A stretch of 64,000 nt of DNA from Octopus sinensis (GCF_006345805.1 NC_043001.1:105524001-105588000); one strand, 5' to 3'; shown: positions 27,064 through 41,220, counted from the first letter of the stretch. A program made the numbers and translations. The notes: generated by a model from the sequence alone, not told the origin.

Positions 27064-27195
27064 GCTTCTTCATTTTCTTCTCTTGTGTCTACTCTACTAA
27101 AGATTTTCGGAATATTTTCTCCCAAAATTCAGTACTAATTTTATTATTTGTTCAAGACACACACACACACACACACGCACACACACACACACACG

Positions 27196-27227
<32 letters not shown>

Positions 27228-27300
27228 CACACACATACACACGCACACACACACACACACACGCACCCACACACACATGTGTATATGTGTGTGTGTGTGT
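26680..27300. repeat. Compound (CTT)n/(CAT)n/(CTA)n tract followed by (CA)n
   Basis: Direct reading; source of the spurious poly-E/K/F/S ORFs. Confidence 0.95.
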
Positions 27301-27810
27301 ATGCGTTTCTCAGTAAGAGCATTTGATCCCTTAATAATTTTGCAATAAGTTCAAATAGGAAAACTGCCTCAAAATTATAGATAATCAAAGGGTTTCCCGA
27401 GGCCACACAATCACAAGAAAGCAGCGTTAGTAATAGTAAGGCTGATGGCATCACAATGGTAACATTGTCCTTTTAAGTGCCTCTGTAAACATCAGCATGT
27501 TAGTTCGTTATATGTTGCTCGTGTGTGCACAGGTTAGTATATATATCCATCTATATATTATATTGTATTCCACGCTAAAGCAAAACCAAAGTAGAACGAG
27601 TATCTCGAGTCATTTAGAATAGTTTAATTAGGGTAAGGTGAATTTGAAGTCTTACAGCCAATTGTGGGATAACCCAAGTGGTAGGTTAGCAGGTTTACGC
27701 ACTGGGTATACCGTCATCAAAGACAAAGTATGACTATTGTAGAAAGAAGAAAATTTTGATTTACAAAGTATAAAATAGAATTCACACACACACATACACA
27801 CACACATATG

Positions 27811-27842
<32 letters not shown>

Positions 27843-27843
<1 letters not shown>

Positions 27844-29815
27844 GATGTCTTGCAAACAACTTGCACATGCAAGTGCTACCAGTTAAAAGCTCCGTATATC
27901 GGAAGCTAGCAAGTGTATGGGGTCACCAGGAGAGAATGCGCGCCGTTTCGGGGCCTACCTCTCGACGGCATCAATGCGCACTGATATGAGGCCCCGCTTG
28001 CTAGATCAGCTGGTTATGAAGAACTCAATATACTTCTAGCCATCGCTCGTCGTCTCTTTTTAACCAAATCCAGTGGCTAACCTTCTCCACTGTAGATTGG
28101 ATATCAGTCATGGTAGTATTGACTTTACGATGAGTTAGGCCTAGCGATAACAACAGTCGTCTCACGCTGTGTCCTACAAACCCTCTACATCTGACTTCGA
28201 TAGGAAAATGTTCCGCTTTCCAGCCTGCGTCTTCACATTCATCGAGGAGGTTTTCATAACGGTTCAATTTTCGAGCCCGAGCGGCGTCCATATTATCTTC
28301 GTGAGGAACCGTTAGCTCGACTATATTTACAACTTTCTTTCTTTTACACCACATCAAAATATCTGTTTTTTTCGAAACTGGGTTGGGAAAGAAAACCTGG
28401 CACCCGGGTAAATCTGCAGTTACCTCCCAATAGCCGTTCCACTTTTCATTTTTCTCAGGAAGTTTCTTGGTCTTCTTCTTGAAACAGATCCGCTGACCTG
28501 GTCGCACGAAGGTAATGAAATCTCTTGATGGTACTTTTAACGATTTTTCGTTAGGTGATTCGTAGGTGATGGCAAAACATCATAAGATGAACGATTTTTC
28601 CTCAGTGTTGTTGAGATGAATTTGGTTCTTTATAGCATTGAAGATAACCTTTAGGACCAAGTTGTGCCTCCATGTGTACCTGTTCAATGCTAATGAACAG
28701 TTGGAAAGAATATGTTTTAGTGTACCGACCTTTCCACATTTGCAGATGTCATTCTCTAAGACGTTCCATCTTACTAGATTCGTACGTGATGGCAAAACAT
28801 CATAAGATGAACGAATCAGGAAACTCAGTCGAGATGTCGTCCACTTCCACATCTCATCCCAACTTATCTTCCTCTCAACAACATGTTCTTCCCATCTCGT
28901 CATCTGACCTTGATGAACACATCGGATCAAATGAAGCTCTCTTCTCTCTGCTTCTCTCGTTTTGACGCTGTTGTTAACAACAGATCTGCGTTCACACAGC
29001 ATCATGCTTGCAAACGGTCTGAACTGATCTGCGCCAAAACCAAATCCTTTCCGATGGTTCTGCGTTGCTCCCACCATATCTCTGTGTATAAGAGAAGACA
29101 AGATGTTGTCAGTTTCTGCTTCTGCTTTCCACTTCCTGGCTGTTTTCACCTCTGGTGGGTTACGCCTGATTTCCATATCCTTCGATTCTCTCAGCATCAT
29201 GACCATCTGTATCTTCCCCTACTTAAATATTTCGACTATTGATACTATTGGTAGCTGCAACGAACCTCTTTTACGATAAAGAGCTGAGCTGTTCAACATA
29301 CGGAGTAGACCTAGCCACTTTCTAATGAACACATTACATTTTTGTTCAATCCTTTCAACTCGTAACGATGCTACTTCGTATATTAAAAGTGGCCACGCAT
29401 GTCGCGGATACAAGCCGAACTGCAAGGACCAAATTTTATATTTACCTGGTAACTTCGAATCGCTGATAACCCAGCCTCGGCCTGTTTCATAATTTCAATC
29501 CCACGACTTCTGTCTGACAATGTTCCAGCGTATACTCGTCCCAAGCTCTTGACGGGCTCTTCCTTGACTGTTGGAATGCTTTCTTCAGATATTCGAAATT
29601 TAACTTCTTTCTGCACTCCCTTAACAAATGTCAGACTACGCGACTTTTTTGCTCTAAATCGCATCCTTGACCACCTTACAAGTTCGTCTGTATTTTCTCT
29701 TCTTGTTTCTTTCTGTGTTCCTTTCTGTGGAAGAGGGTAAGCTCGTACCGTTAAAGAGTTTTTCACTTCCCGAGCATTAAACATCCCTTTGTTGTCTACA
29801 CCACCTATCTCCATC
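27843..29815 (-). mobile_element. 5'-truncated, frameshifted HERO-like RLE non-LTR retrotransposon, copy 2
   Basis: Consecutive frames: WSRMRFRAKKSRSL..IPTVKEEPVKSLG; QFGLYPR.AWPLLIYEV..RKWLG..ALY..LQLP; CKCGKVGTLKHILSNCSLALNRYTWRHN; W..TADLP..TDILMW..VELTVPHE..IEVRCRGFV. RT YxDD motif absent. About 180-bp 3' UTR ending at a (TA)n tract. Confidence 0.9.
28025..28507 (-). pseudogene. Restriction-like endonuclease (PD-(D/E)xK-type) domain of HERO copy 2
   Basis: ORF of 160 aa with KTDILMW...ELTVPHE...RK...Y. Confidence 0.85.
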
Positions 29816-30576
29816 TTTTGTCTTGTTTGTGAATTCTTCCTCGGTCTCTCTGTCTCTCTCTCTCTCGGTTTGTATATATATATATATATATATTATACAA
29901 CAATTTATATATATACAAACCAATTGTGTTTTAGGTGTGTTTAAAGATTTGTAAGTAGTTACGTTTAAAAGAAATTTCTCGAACAGAAAACTCTTTTTCT
30001 TTTCAAATTTGCCTCAAATGTAGCCGAGGTATTATACTCTATATAAATGATACCACACAAGCGTACGCAGAGACATAGCTTCTTTAATACGCACACAAAC
30101 GTGCCAATATCCATGTAATATATGTGTATATATATTATATGTATATAAATATGTATGTGTATGTGTATGTGTGTACTAGCATGTTTTTAGTAATAAGTGT
30201 ATTCCATAGAAACAGAGGCTTAGAGAGTTTCCCTGAGTGTGGAGAGTGATAGACAGAGGAGTAAAGAGTGAGTGTCCTCTGAATATAAGTGGACGAATAT
30301 ATGTAGTTATGGGGGTATGTACTTAGCCTTACGCCATCATATGTGCCAGTTCAATGTAAAAATGTGATCTTCATATTCCTTTTAAGCTTAATGTTCTTCC
30401 TGTTTGTATGACAGCTTCGTTTTTGACAGATATAGTATCTATCGATTCTTTAGTATATAATATGAATCTTACAATCGATCTACCAAATTTCGATGCCCGT
30501 TACCACTATTCGCTCTTTTAATCTTATGTTGTTACAAAATGTAGATTGATATCAACTTTAGAAATATATTTCAGTA

Positions 30577-30945
30577 GGTGTCTGGTAAGAAATTTGCTTC
30601 ACAGTCACATGGTTCCAGGCTCAGTCCCACTGAGTGGCACCTTGAATAAGTGCCTTCTACTATAGCTTCGGATTGACCAAAGATTTGTAAGTGGATTTGG
30701 TAGACGGATACTGAAAGAAGCCCGCCGTACAGGTGTGTTTGTGTGCTTGTGTTTGCTTCCCACCACCGATTGACAAATGGTGTTGGTTCGTTTATGTCCC
30801 CCTAACTTACCAGTTCGGCAAAAAAAGAACGATAGAATACCAGGCTCAAACAAAAATAACTACTGGGCTCGATTTGTTCGGCCAAATATGTTTTCTAGGC
30901 GGTGCCCCAGTATGGGCGCAATCTACTGACTGAAAGAATTAAGAC
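30577..30945 (+). mobile_element. SINE family A
   Basis: cacatggttccaggctcagtcccactgagtggcacctt...ggcggtgccccagtatgggcgcaatctactgactgaaa. Confidence 0.85.
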
Positions 30946-33313
30946 ACAGGAGAATTTGATATAGATAATATATTAATCGTCTAATATTTATAAAATAAAT
31001 TTAATTTCATATAAAATATTTGATAATTTACCAATTATCAAATAAAGAACGAAGTTAATCCTAAACACTAATCTCCTCACGCGTTCCTTATTTGTGCAAA
31101 ACATTGTTGCTTGTATTTCCCTTTCTCGTATCTATAACCGCCGAGGAGTCTCCATACTTCATACTAATATGAGTAGAAGTGGAAGTTCTGAATCTTGAAT
31201 AGTCCCATATTGTCCAACCCTCAAGTTTCTATGCAATTTTCCAGCTGCTCAACACAGCTGGAAATGACCGACCAAACATAACCTTCCTAAAAGCTCGATA
31301 CATATTAGATATCATTTTATGCTTATGTATGTTATTTACATTTTTTGTTCTATGTATTGGGCATATAATGCCTCTATGTTAAAGAAATCCTGTCTCAGAC
31401 TACGTAATTTCGGATTTAAGGCCACTGCAGAGTAGACTTTGCAAGTGTCATCTGTAAAACTCTGCTCGCGAGTGAAGTCCAAAAGGCGGAAACATTAAAA
31501 CATAGTCGTGTGAACTGTCCTATCTTCTATATGGTAGATTTAAACTTCTACATAGACGAAGATTATCTCCTTCGCCTTGTTCATCTTTACTGGAGTTCAG
31601 TGTGTTACAAGCACACACTTCAGGCCTCCCGTCAGGGGAAAATTTGACATGCAACCTCCGTAAGTACTCAACTTCAAGAAAACCCATGAGAAAAGATATG
31701 TCAAAACTCATTGTAATGGTAAGAATAGACGTCAGTGAACGAAGAATGATACGAGTACTCTGGGAAAAGTACTTCATACAAATCCGGGTCCTCCAAACTC
31801 ATTTGAGTACTTATTTTTTGCTACTTCTCGGACAAGCCGCTTATAATTATCTTGGCTGTGTGTTTTAAATGGTTCACTAATTGCAATTTTCAGATAAATT
31901 TGGGATAGATTATCATTTCCCTGATATGGAATTAAGTTTAATTTATAAACACCGCATGATAATTTATTAACTTTAAGATTCGAAAAGGAGGATCTATATG
32001 ACAGGAAACTATTTAATTGAAGTTTCATAAAAATTGATTGAACAGAAACAGTAATAAATACGAAAGTTATTTAATGAATTTCTTGATGTAAAGTAGCAAA
32101 CTAGACACCATGTCTGGAATTACTGATTCTTCTAGTCAGAACAAGTCAAAGTTTAGGAAAACGTGATATATCACTTAACAAATAGGGCAACAGAAACTGA
32201 CCTTCCATTAATTTCGTGTATGTTTGTCATATTTTCGCAGGGGAAAAAAAACTATTGAAAATATTTCAAGCTACTCATAATACGTGTTCCCTAAAGTGCT
32301 ATATATCGTCTGAGAGTAGTTCACTGTCGATTTCGCTCCACAAATCTATTTTCCCTGTCCTCCCTCTTTCTATTTCTCTGTCTACCCGTTTGCCTCTATG
32401 TTTGTTTCTCTTTTCCGTTTTTCGCACGCACACACAAACACACATATATACACACACATATACATATATGTGTGTATGTGCGTGTGTATTTAAGTACGTA
32501 AACAAAGAAACCTTTTAATATATAACAATTTGCTGCTTGTCATTCAAATATTTTCTATAGAAGACACACACGTGAAGCATACTTATGAGGGAGAGTAAAA
32601 AAGTAATTGCTTTAATAATTGATTATCTGTTTTCGCAGTGTGTATACATCTTTATTGGTTGAATATCAGTTTCAATACCGTGACTGATATTGTTTGCTGG
32701 CGCTTGGTTTCGTAGTTTTTCTTACATTAACTTATGATTATATATCTTGACAAGTTCACAACTATATTTTAACCCTCCAACGAAGATAAACATTACGCAA
32801 GAAAACAAAACAAAACACAGCAAAACTCATTGGGCCGATGTAAACCTCTGTATATTGAAAGCGGCTCCTCAGAGCTCTTAGGTTGTAGAACGTTTTTACT
32901 ACAACGTGTCTATAATTGTATGGAGGGGAAAACAGCATTGATTCCAGCATTGATAATTATATTCTCTAATTATATTTTCATTTAATTTATTCTTCCCCAT
33001 AATTTAATAGTCTTTTTGCGATATTAAATGCAAGGTGAAAGGAAAACTAATGCAAGGAAAGAAATAATTGCTGATAGAATTTTACAATATCCTCATAACC
33101 GTGAACATTGAAGTAATAAATGATACATTATAAATATATTACAACGTATGATTATCTCTGACCCGATCATGTGCTTCAAGTTTTGTATGTCACTAAAACC
33201 TTGTCCTGCTACGATGAATTGTCAAATATAGACATATCTTAACCACTTACACAAATGGATTGCATTTCAGGTTATTATAGCATTTTTTAATTTAATTTAA
33301 TTTTAAATAGCTG

Positions 33314-33527
33314 TTTCTTTATTACCCGCAAGGGGTAAACATTGAGGGGACAAAAAAGGACAGACATAGGCATTAAGTCGATTACTTCGACCTCAGTGCA
33401 TAACTGGTACTTAATTCATCGACCCCGAAATGATGAAAGGCAAAATCGAACACGGCGGAATTTGAACTCACAATGTAACGGCAAACGAAATACCCGGCGT
33501 GCTAACGTCTCTGCCAGCTCACCACCT
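33314..33527 (-). mobile_element. SINE family B
   Basis: aagtcgattacttcgacc...atcgaccccgaaatgatgaaaggcaaa...ggaatttgaactca...gtgctaacgtctctgccagctcacc. Confidence 0.85.
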
Positions 33528-33587
33528 TTAATTTCTTTTTTAAATATTATACCTAATGTAGTGAACTTACCGAGTCGTTATCACGCC

Positions 33588-33686
33588 ATGCTAAAATACT
33601 TCGCGTTATTTCGTCAGTCTGTACGGTGTGAGTTCAAATTCCCCTGAAGTTGCCTTTTTCTATTATCCTTTCAGAATCGATAAAAT
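33588..33686 (+). mobile_element. SINE family B fragment, head-to-head with the previous copy
   Basis: tatttcgtc...gtgagttcaaattccc...tcctttcagaatcgataaa. Confidence 0.6.
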
Positions 33687-33890
33687 ACGGACAGGTTCTA
33701 TGTATCATAATGCTTGTATGATTGTGAGGCGATAGAAAAATATGAACCTTAAACACCGCCGCATAATTCGACTAAGACATTTATTCGTCGAGTGTACAAG
33801 TAATCAGAAATTATCTGGGTTTATAGTTAAAAAGTATGTAATATAAATCTACACAACACACACTGATCTCTCTCTCTCTCTCCCTATATA

Positions 33891-33924
<34 letters not shown>

Positions 33925-36300
33925 TATATATATATATGTGTGTGTGTATGTATTTGTAATATCGCAACTAATCATAATCTAATTAATTTGGATTATGATG
34001 TTAAAATTTTTAATTAATTATTGGGATTAAATTAGTCTTCAAATACGTGATATTTTTTTTTAATATCTAACATTATTTGATAATGTCATCCATTTAAAAT
34101 GGCATAAAAAATACTAGAAGAAGAGCGCCTCACTTCAAAAGGAATTTGAAATTTCAATTTAGGATGGCTAATGAGGAATTGAATGCCAAATTAATCTACA
34201 TTTTTTTTCGTTTTTTTTTTGTAAATTTATTCTTGGATTTCTGAATGGGTAATTCCATAATGAATATTAATCATGATGATAGCGTCCATCTGATGATGTT
34301 TCACATTTTTAGCAAAATTTTTACTATTAAATATGGACATATGCGCACCAGTGTTTTAATGTCTTTTCTTTGATGTTGAATCAGAAAAATAACTTCAACT
34401 CATACAGAGTTTCTCAGTTTATTGTTCATCAAGATGGTTGCATCTATTATTAAAACTAAATTGTTAATCTTCATATTTCTATATTTTGACATATGCATAT
34501 ATGTTTATATATGTTTATATTGACAGAGAGAATAATATTGCGTCAATGTCATATCTTCTTAAATATCTGCACGTATTGTAAAATATATTATTGTTTTATT
34601 AACAATATACTCGAGCAATATGTTGGTTCAGTTCATAATAATCTCTCATAACGGGGCTACGAGAGCAGACTACTTATTTTTATGCTGTATATCATCTTCT
34701 GTTTCAAATTACCTTGTTTCTGTTTTTTTTTTAAATATGAGTTGATCTGTATTGTCCAGTGCAAAGCTGTGAAGAAAATCTCATATCCGAAACAAATCCA
34801 TCCTCGAGTTACAGATGGTATTCCTTCAACGATATCTCTGCTGTCTCTAACCCAGGAATAATACACATATGTAGAATTGTTTTAAATAGAACTGTAGAAA
34901 AATTTGAGGGCTAATGTGTTGGTTAATACTAACTGAGTATTGTTTGTAATAATTATATACTTCAGTGGTTGATATTTAATTGTTTTTACTTACTATTAAT
35001 GTCAGCAACTACCGATCCTTGACTCAGAAAGGAGTTAGGTAGTAGTTGTGAGAGCATCCCATCATCAGAACCACTGAGAAAATCCCCCATGTTGGGAAAA
35101 CTACAATCTTTAGAGAAATCGCAAGAGATATTGTCAACAATGTCTGGCATAAAGAGGAATAATCACCTCAAGTTATAATAGGGTAGGGTCAAAGATGAGA
35201 TTTTTCCCGGTTTCTATTAAAGTGTTCGATTTTGTATTTCAGAGAGAAAAAGACTCCAACTGTCACCGGGAACATTCAAACTGTGCAGCAGCGCGAAGCA
35301 TTGTTCCAGTTGTTTTGTGAATTCGACAAGTAACGAACAAGTATCATTGGAATAAGGGAAATATGCAGGAATCTGAGCTGAATGATCACGACTGGGAATT
35401 TCTTTTAAATATTGTAATCTGGCCACAAAAACAATGCATTCTCAGCGTGGGACTGATATTTTCTAAAGCACGAATAGGTTACAGAGCAGCCATGTGTGAC
35501 CGAATTATAACAACTCGGATCAAACCCCGATGCTGGAAGGCAACTGTTATTCGAGAGCATGCACTAAACGAAGATGTTGAAGATGCCACCAAGGATTCCG
35601 TTTAAGAACTACATGATGTGTACAGTAAAGAGTGTTTGCCAACATAACATGGCAGTCCTGGTTTAGGACTAACGTTGCAGTAATTTAGCCTCAGGAGGCA
35701 TCGTCTCCAGCTGGCTATACGACACGATCTGTGTCCTTATATTTTCCAATAAGGGAATCTAGCACCCCCACTCAGCTCAAAACAATATCTGCGTATCGAG
35801 ATTACATGATGTTTGTAATGAAATTATCTGTCATGATGTCAGGCTGGTCATGGAAGAATCATGGGGGAATGGAATACACAATTGGGTAGTAGCAAATCTG
35901 GTTCTGAACGTATGAATTACCCCCATGCGTTCGGGTGGTTGATAAGAGACAAAGGCAAACAACTCTTGTTTTTGCGGGATCAGCGGTCTTTAAACTGGCA
36001 ATGCTTTTTTTTCTGAGCGTAAAAGAAAATTTGGCATTCTCCAGACAGAATTACTGAGAAAACAGTTAATTGCGTCTGAATGAGCACGAAATGTAACTGA
36101 GCACTGAGAAATGCCAGACTGTGCAGAAGCGGAGACCTAGGATTACACCAGCAGTTACATATTCTGTGTTTATTCTATGTAACTTGAGGTAATATCCAGC
36201 CACTGAAACGGACGTTCTCCTGATTTTCTACCATCCAACGCGTAGGAATTGACTAATTATTATTGGAGTCAAATATATTCAACATTTGCATCGTGCATCA

Positions 36301-36395
36301 ACTTACAAGAGGCGGAGATTGGATAAACCATTCGGCCGTGACGTTATAATTATTTCCCACAGAGAAACTGTTTTGACTGAGTGGCGCATGCGCAA
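36301..36395. promoter_or_regulatory. Cluster of promoter-type motifs
   Basis: GCGCATGCGC (NRF1-like, 36384-36393), TGACGT (36339-36344), ATTGG (36318-36322), GGCGGA (36311-36316), and a minus-strand GTAAGT donor at 36301-36306. Confidence 0.25.
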
Positions 36396-36544
36396 ATGTT
36401 TGATAACCATTTTATAAGTGCAACATAGCATATACATACACTCATACACACACGCAAGTATATAGAGAGAGACCTGCGTACAGTTGTATAACATTTATAT
36501 AAACACATACAACCACACACACAACACATATATATATACATATA

Positions 36545-36608
36545 CATACATATCTCTCTATCTCTCTATCTATCATCTATCTATTTATCTATCTATCTAT
36601 CTATCCAC

Positions 36609-36678
<70 letters not shown>

Positions 36679-36685
36679 GTCTATG

Positions 36686-36738
<53 letters not shown>

Positions 36739-36751
36739 CTCTATCTATCCA

Positions 36752-36836
<85 letters not shown>

Positions 36837-36838
36837 TT
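36545..36838. repeat. (TATC)n-(TC)n-(TA)n compound microsatellite
   Basis: Direct reading. Confidence 0.95.
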
Positions 36839-38185
36839 GGATGCATACGTACACGCCTATATATGCGTATCTCTAAAAGTGGGTTAGTTACGAAGCACAA
36901 CCACTTGATATTAGCGCCAACAAGCATACAAACGCTGAACGAGTCTCTGTGTATTTGCTACTGTTCAATTAGGATATCTATTAAGGATAATGTTAATGTA
37001 ACAAAGATAGCAAAGCTTTTGAATCATGAGAAATCAGTAGCATCTATTATTATTTTTTTCCTAGGAAATGTGGCAATAACATAATAGTCTCCTTCAGTAA
37101 CATTAAAACTAAATCGTTACATTTATTAATGCAACAGTCGTGTAATACATCGCTTGAGATAGGAACAATAAAAGGCAGCTCTTCAATATGTTATATATGG
37201 TAGCCATCACTGTATTTGATGATATTCTTTAGTGGCCAGAAATAGATTACACATCGTTAAAACAGCATATCAAAGCCGAACACTCTTGTGTAAATCAATT
37301 CCGTTTTAAGCAGTAATTTGTTGCTGACGCTTTGTAACTCGCATTGCTAACTGTTCCAATGTATGCTACAGCTGTGCTGCCAACAATACACAAAAGGCCG
37401 TTCGTTTGAAAAACTGCAATTCGCTCAGTATGAAACAAGATCGGCTGTTTTCGTTTGTTGCCTCTTGTACCGCGACGTGGACGGCTTCTGTTTAGTTTTA
37501 ATCTCACACATACGCACAGTTATAGAAATTCACCTACAGAAGCTGAATACGAAGAGCAACAGTATTGATTCGACTAGTCTAGGAGTGTTTGCAAAGGTCA
37601 TCAGTTCGTCTCGTCTTCCACCATTTTAAATAAAAGTTACGTAACAAAATGGACGTAGGATATTTAAGTATCTAATGACTAATGGGTTAATTCACGATAG
37701 TCAATTAGCAAGCCGTCTAGGTTGTGCTTAATTAAATCTTGCGCTTCATTCCATCGGTGTCATATCGTTAATATATATCGAGTTTCCTATGGAATTATAT
37801 ATATTCTAGATTATGATTCAGCTTGTAATCTCCCGAAATAGATCAGAATCTGGTGATATTTGCTCGATAAACAAAGTTTTCTCACAAGAATGAAAATCGA
37901 TTTGTCTTGTCTAGCCATGTTAATTGTTTGTGTACGAAAAATTATCTAGGAAATCAGTCAAATAATTATACATCGGTTTTAATCAAATTCTAATGGAGAC
38001 AGACGTAAGACGTCACGTGTGGTGAAGTAATCAGAGGTGGTAACGGAAAACATAAGGGCAAAACCTGAAGCAAAGGCGTTTATGGTTTACGTTAACTTGC
38101 AATAGAAATGAGTTTATGTGAGTGGGATCAAAGCAATTTATATTCAAGAGAATTAAATGAAACAGAAACACACACATATATTCGT

Positions 38186-38535
38186 GGCACTCCGTCGGTT
38201 GCGACGACGAGGGTTCCGGTTTATCCGATCAACAGAACAACCTGCTAGTGAAATTAACGTGCAAGTGGCTGCGTAATCAACAGACAAGTCTACCGTGAAC
38301 GTAGTTCTTCAGGTGATTCAGCGTGACAAAGAGTGTGATAAGGCTGGTCCTTTGAAATACAGGTACAACAGAAACACAAAGAAACAGTGAAAGAAAGTTG
38401 TGGTGAAAGAGTACAGCAGAGTTCGCCACACCCACCCAGCCGGAAACTCTTAGAGCTTTAGGAAATTTCGCAGAATACATTTTCGAAACTGCGATCCCAC
38501 GACCGCGAGTCTGCTGCCCTAACCACTGGACCATT
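38186..38535 (-). mobile_element. SINE family C, full length
   Basis: Reverse complement of 42864-43236; 3' end gtcgtcgcaaccgacggagtgcc. Confidence 0.85.
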
Positions 38536-39294
38536 TCTCCTTCAAGCACACATGCAACAATATATATATATATATGTGTCATGTTTGCTTTGTATTTGCC
38601 TACTCCACGACATATCGCATTGTGAGAAAATAATCTGCTAATATCGCCTTTATGTGAAATTGCTAGAAGCAGAGTAAGGCAAATGCAGAAATTTGACTTT
38701 GCAAATATCGGGGCCGTGTTTCTAGCCCGAGGTTAACCGCGATAATTTTTGTTGCATGTTATTTATATACCTAGGATTTAGTAGATCAGAGATCATGATA
38801 TAGTGTGCTGTAATAAGAAAGTTGTTTTTTTTGTCTTTCTTTTGTAATTCTGGTTTGGTCTTATAGTAAGAGATCAAAATTAGACGGACATTTGAAAGGT
38901 GTTTCTGTTGATATTATTCCAGTAAGGTTATTTGGTCTAGTGGCGATGTTCGTTATTTTCAACGTCGACTGCTGCTTTTGAATATTTCGTAAAATTACAT
39001 TCCGTGGCACTTGAAAAAGGATCTGGAAATAGTTTAGGAACGCAAATCAAGTTACTTAAAAAATAATGAAAATTCGAAAGCATTTTCTCACAATTAAAAA
39101 CGATTGCATGAATTAAAATATGAAAAACTATATAATCTACTTTAATGAAACATTATTTTACTTTCACCTTTCCTCCTTTGCTTGTATGTATACATACATG
39201 TGCATATATATGTATATATATATGTATGTATATATGTGCATATATATGTATATGTATGTATATATATGTATATATATATATAAATACAAAATAG

Positions 39295-39428
39295 GACAAG
39301 AACGCAAAACACACAAAGAGACGACACAAAAAACGGACGGGTCATTCGAAGCCTCTAATCTTCAGTCAGGAACCGGATCATCCTCGCAATTTCGGCTGAT
39401 TAATCCTGAAATCACTCCGATCCGGCCA

Positions 39429-39430
<2 letters not shown>
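39295..39430 (+). repeat. Unclassified short interspersed repeat (related copies ~56590-56785 and ~63895-64000)
   Basis: Shared ggacaagaacg...ggacgggtcatt...cttcagtcaggaaccggatcatcctcgcaatttcggctgatt. Confidence 0.7.
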
Positions 39431-39511
<81 letters not shown>

Positions 39512-39553
39512 TACTTATATATATACACATGTATACACATATACGTGCATATA

Positions 39554-39594
<41 letters not shown>

Positions 39595-40487
39595 GTATGT
39601 GTGTATGTGCATGTGTGTGAGAGAGAGAGGGGGAGAGAGAGAGAGCGTGTGGATGCACGTGCACGCGTGTGTGTAGAGTAGAAATTTCTTAAGTAGAAAC
39701 TAGATTACGAATATAAATTTTATTTTTTTAAATTCAAAGACATAAATGAAATATTCTTATATTTATATGCGAGACAGAATTTTCTGAGAAACTGTTGAAT
39801 ATATTCCCAAACAATATAAAGTCTTTTGATGCAGTCGGAATGTATTACGCTACTTTATAAGGCTGACTGAAATTTTCTCTGGTTTTATATGCATGAAAAT
39901 GATAATAACGAATATTTAATGGACGTTAGCTATTGAAATTTTTGAATGTTTGTAGAACCTGAATGAATGTATAAGATATTCATTAGTTAGACTTTCATTA
40001 GATGATTCAAAATATTTTAACTAAGATATTCATTCATGAAGATAAAATAAGTGTTACGAAGTTGGTTTTATGATGAAAGTTCTGCGAATTTTTTTTTCAC
40101 TGAGTGACAAGTATCCCCAACGTCTCTCTTCTCTTTAATGGGTTTCGCTTCTTGGATTAAATTTCAAATAAGTCTATAATTCTGATGATTATTTTCATTT
40201 CAACATCCATATTTCCTTTCATAATTTTGTGCCTACATGCTAGCTCAGATTTCTAAAATATGGCTGCCGTTTTTTTAAATTAATATAATGTGATATTTGC
40301 GGAGAATTGTCGCAAAGTTATTTACTGGTTGTATTTCAACTTCATTTTACAACGTTATGACAGATAAACGAGATACATTATTCCTAGGCTGAATTCTGTA
40401 TCTGTGGGGAAAATAAATTTAGTAGAAAATGGATAAAAAATGTATGTGTACCGATGCAGGTTGTTTGAAAGAAACAAACTAGTCTCT

Positions 40488-40696
40488 TTTACTCTTTTAC
40501 TCTTTTATTTGTTTCAGGCTGTGGCCATGCTGGAGCACCGCCTTTAGTCGAGCAAATCGACCCCAGGACTTATTCTTTGTAAGTCTTGTACTTATTCTAA
40601 GTTACGGGGACGTAAACACACCAGCATCAGTTGTCAAGCGATGTTGCGTGGACAAACACAGACACAAACATACACACATACACAAACACACACACA

Positions 40697-40750
<54 letters not shown>

Positions 40751-40935
40751 TTATTTATATATATATACATATACGACCGGCTTCTTTAAGTTTCCGTCTA
40801 CCAAACCCACTTACAAGGCTTTGGTCGGCCCGAGGTTAAAGTAGAAGACACTTGCCGAAGGTGCCACGCAGTGGGACTGAACCCAGAACTATGTGGTTGG
40901 TAAGCAAGCTACTTACCACATAACCACTCCTGCGC
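40488..40935 (-). mobile_element. SINE family A, full length
   Basis: Tail tttactcttttactc...ggccatgctggagcaccgcc through head cttaccacataaccactcctgcgc. Confidence 0.9.
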
Positions 40936-41220
40936 TTATGCAAATTAAATCACGAACGCTAATTTGTTTGAAAACCATGTAGTATTCTTTCCATTCTATG
41001 GAGACAAAGTGGCATATCTCATTATTGCTCCGTAGGAAGTACTTAGTGACATTTTGTCCGTTTTGTCTGAGATTACATTCCTCTGAGGACGCCTTTGCCT
41101 TTCCTCCTTTCTGGGTCGGTAAAAGAAGTACCAGTAATGTACTAGGACCGATGCGGTAGTATTAACCCTTCCCTGGAAATATCCTGTCTTGTGCCAAATG
41201 TTCAAACCAATATTATTTAT

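Noticed and set aside
35217-35426. ORF with faint BEL/Pao gag resemblance (RLQYLK..., DSWSLFL)
   Set aside because: Too few conserved residues and no adjacent pol or LTR evidence.
39330-39430. GAAA...CTGANGA order in this repeat family (also ~3530-3575, ~56700-56760) as a type II hammerhead
   Set aside because: I could not build convincing stems I and III; left as an unclassified repeat.
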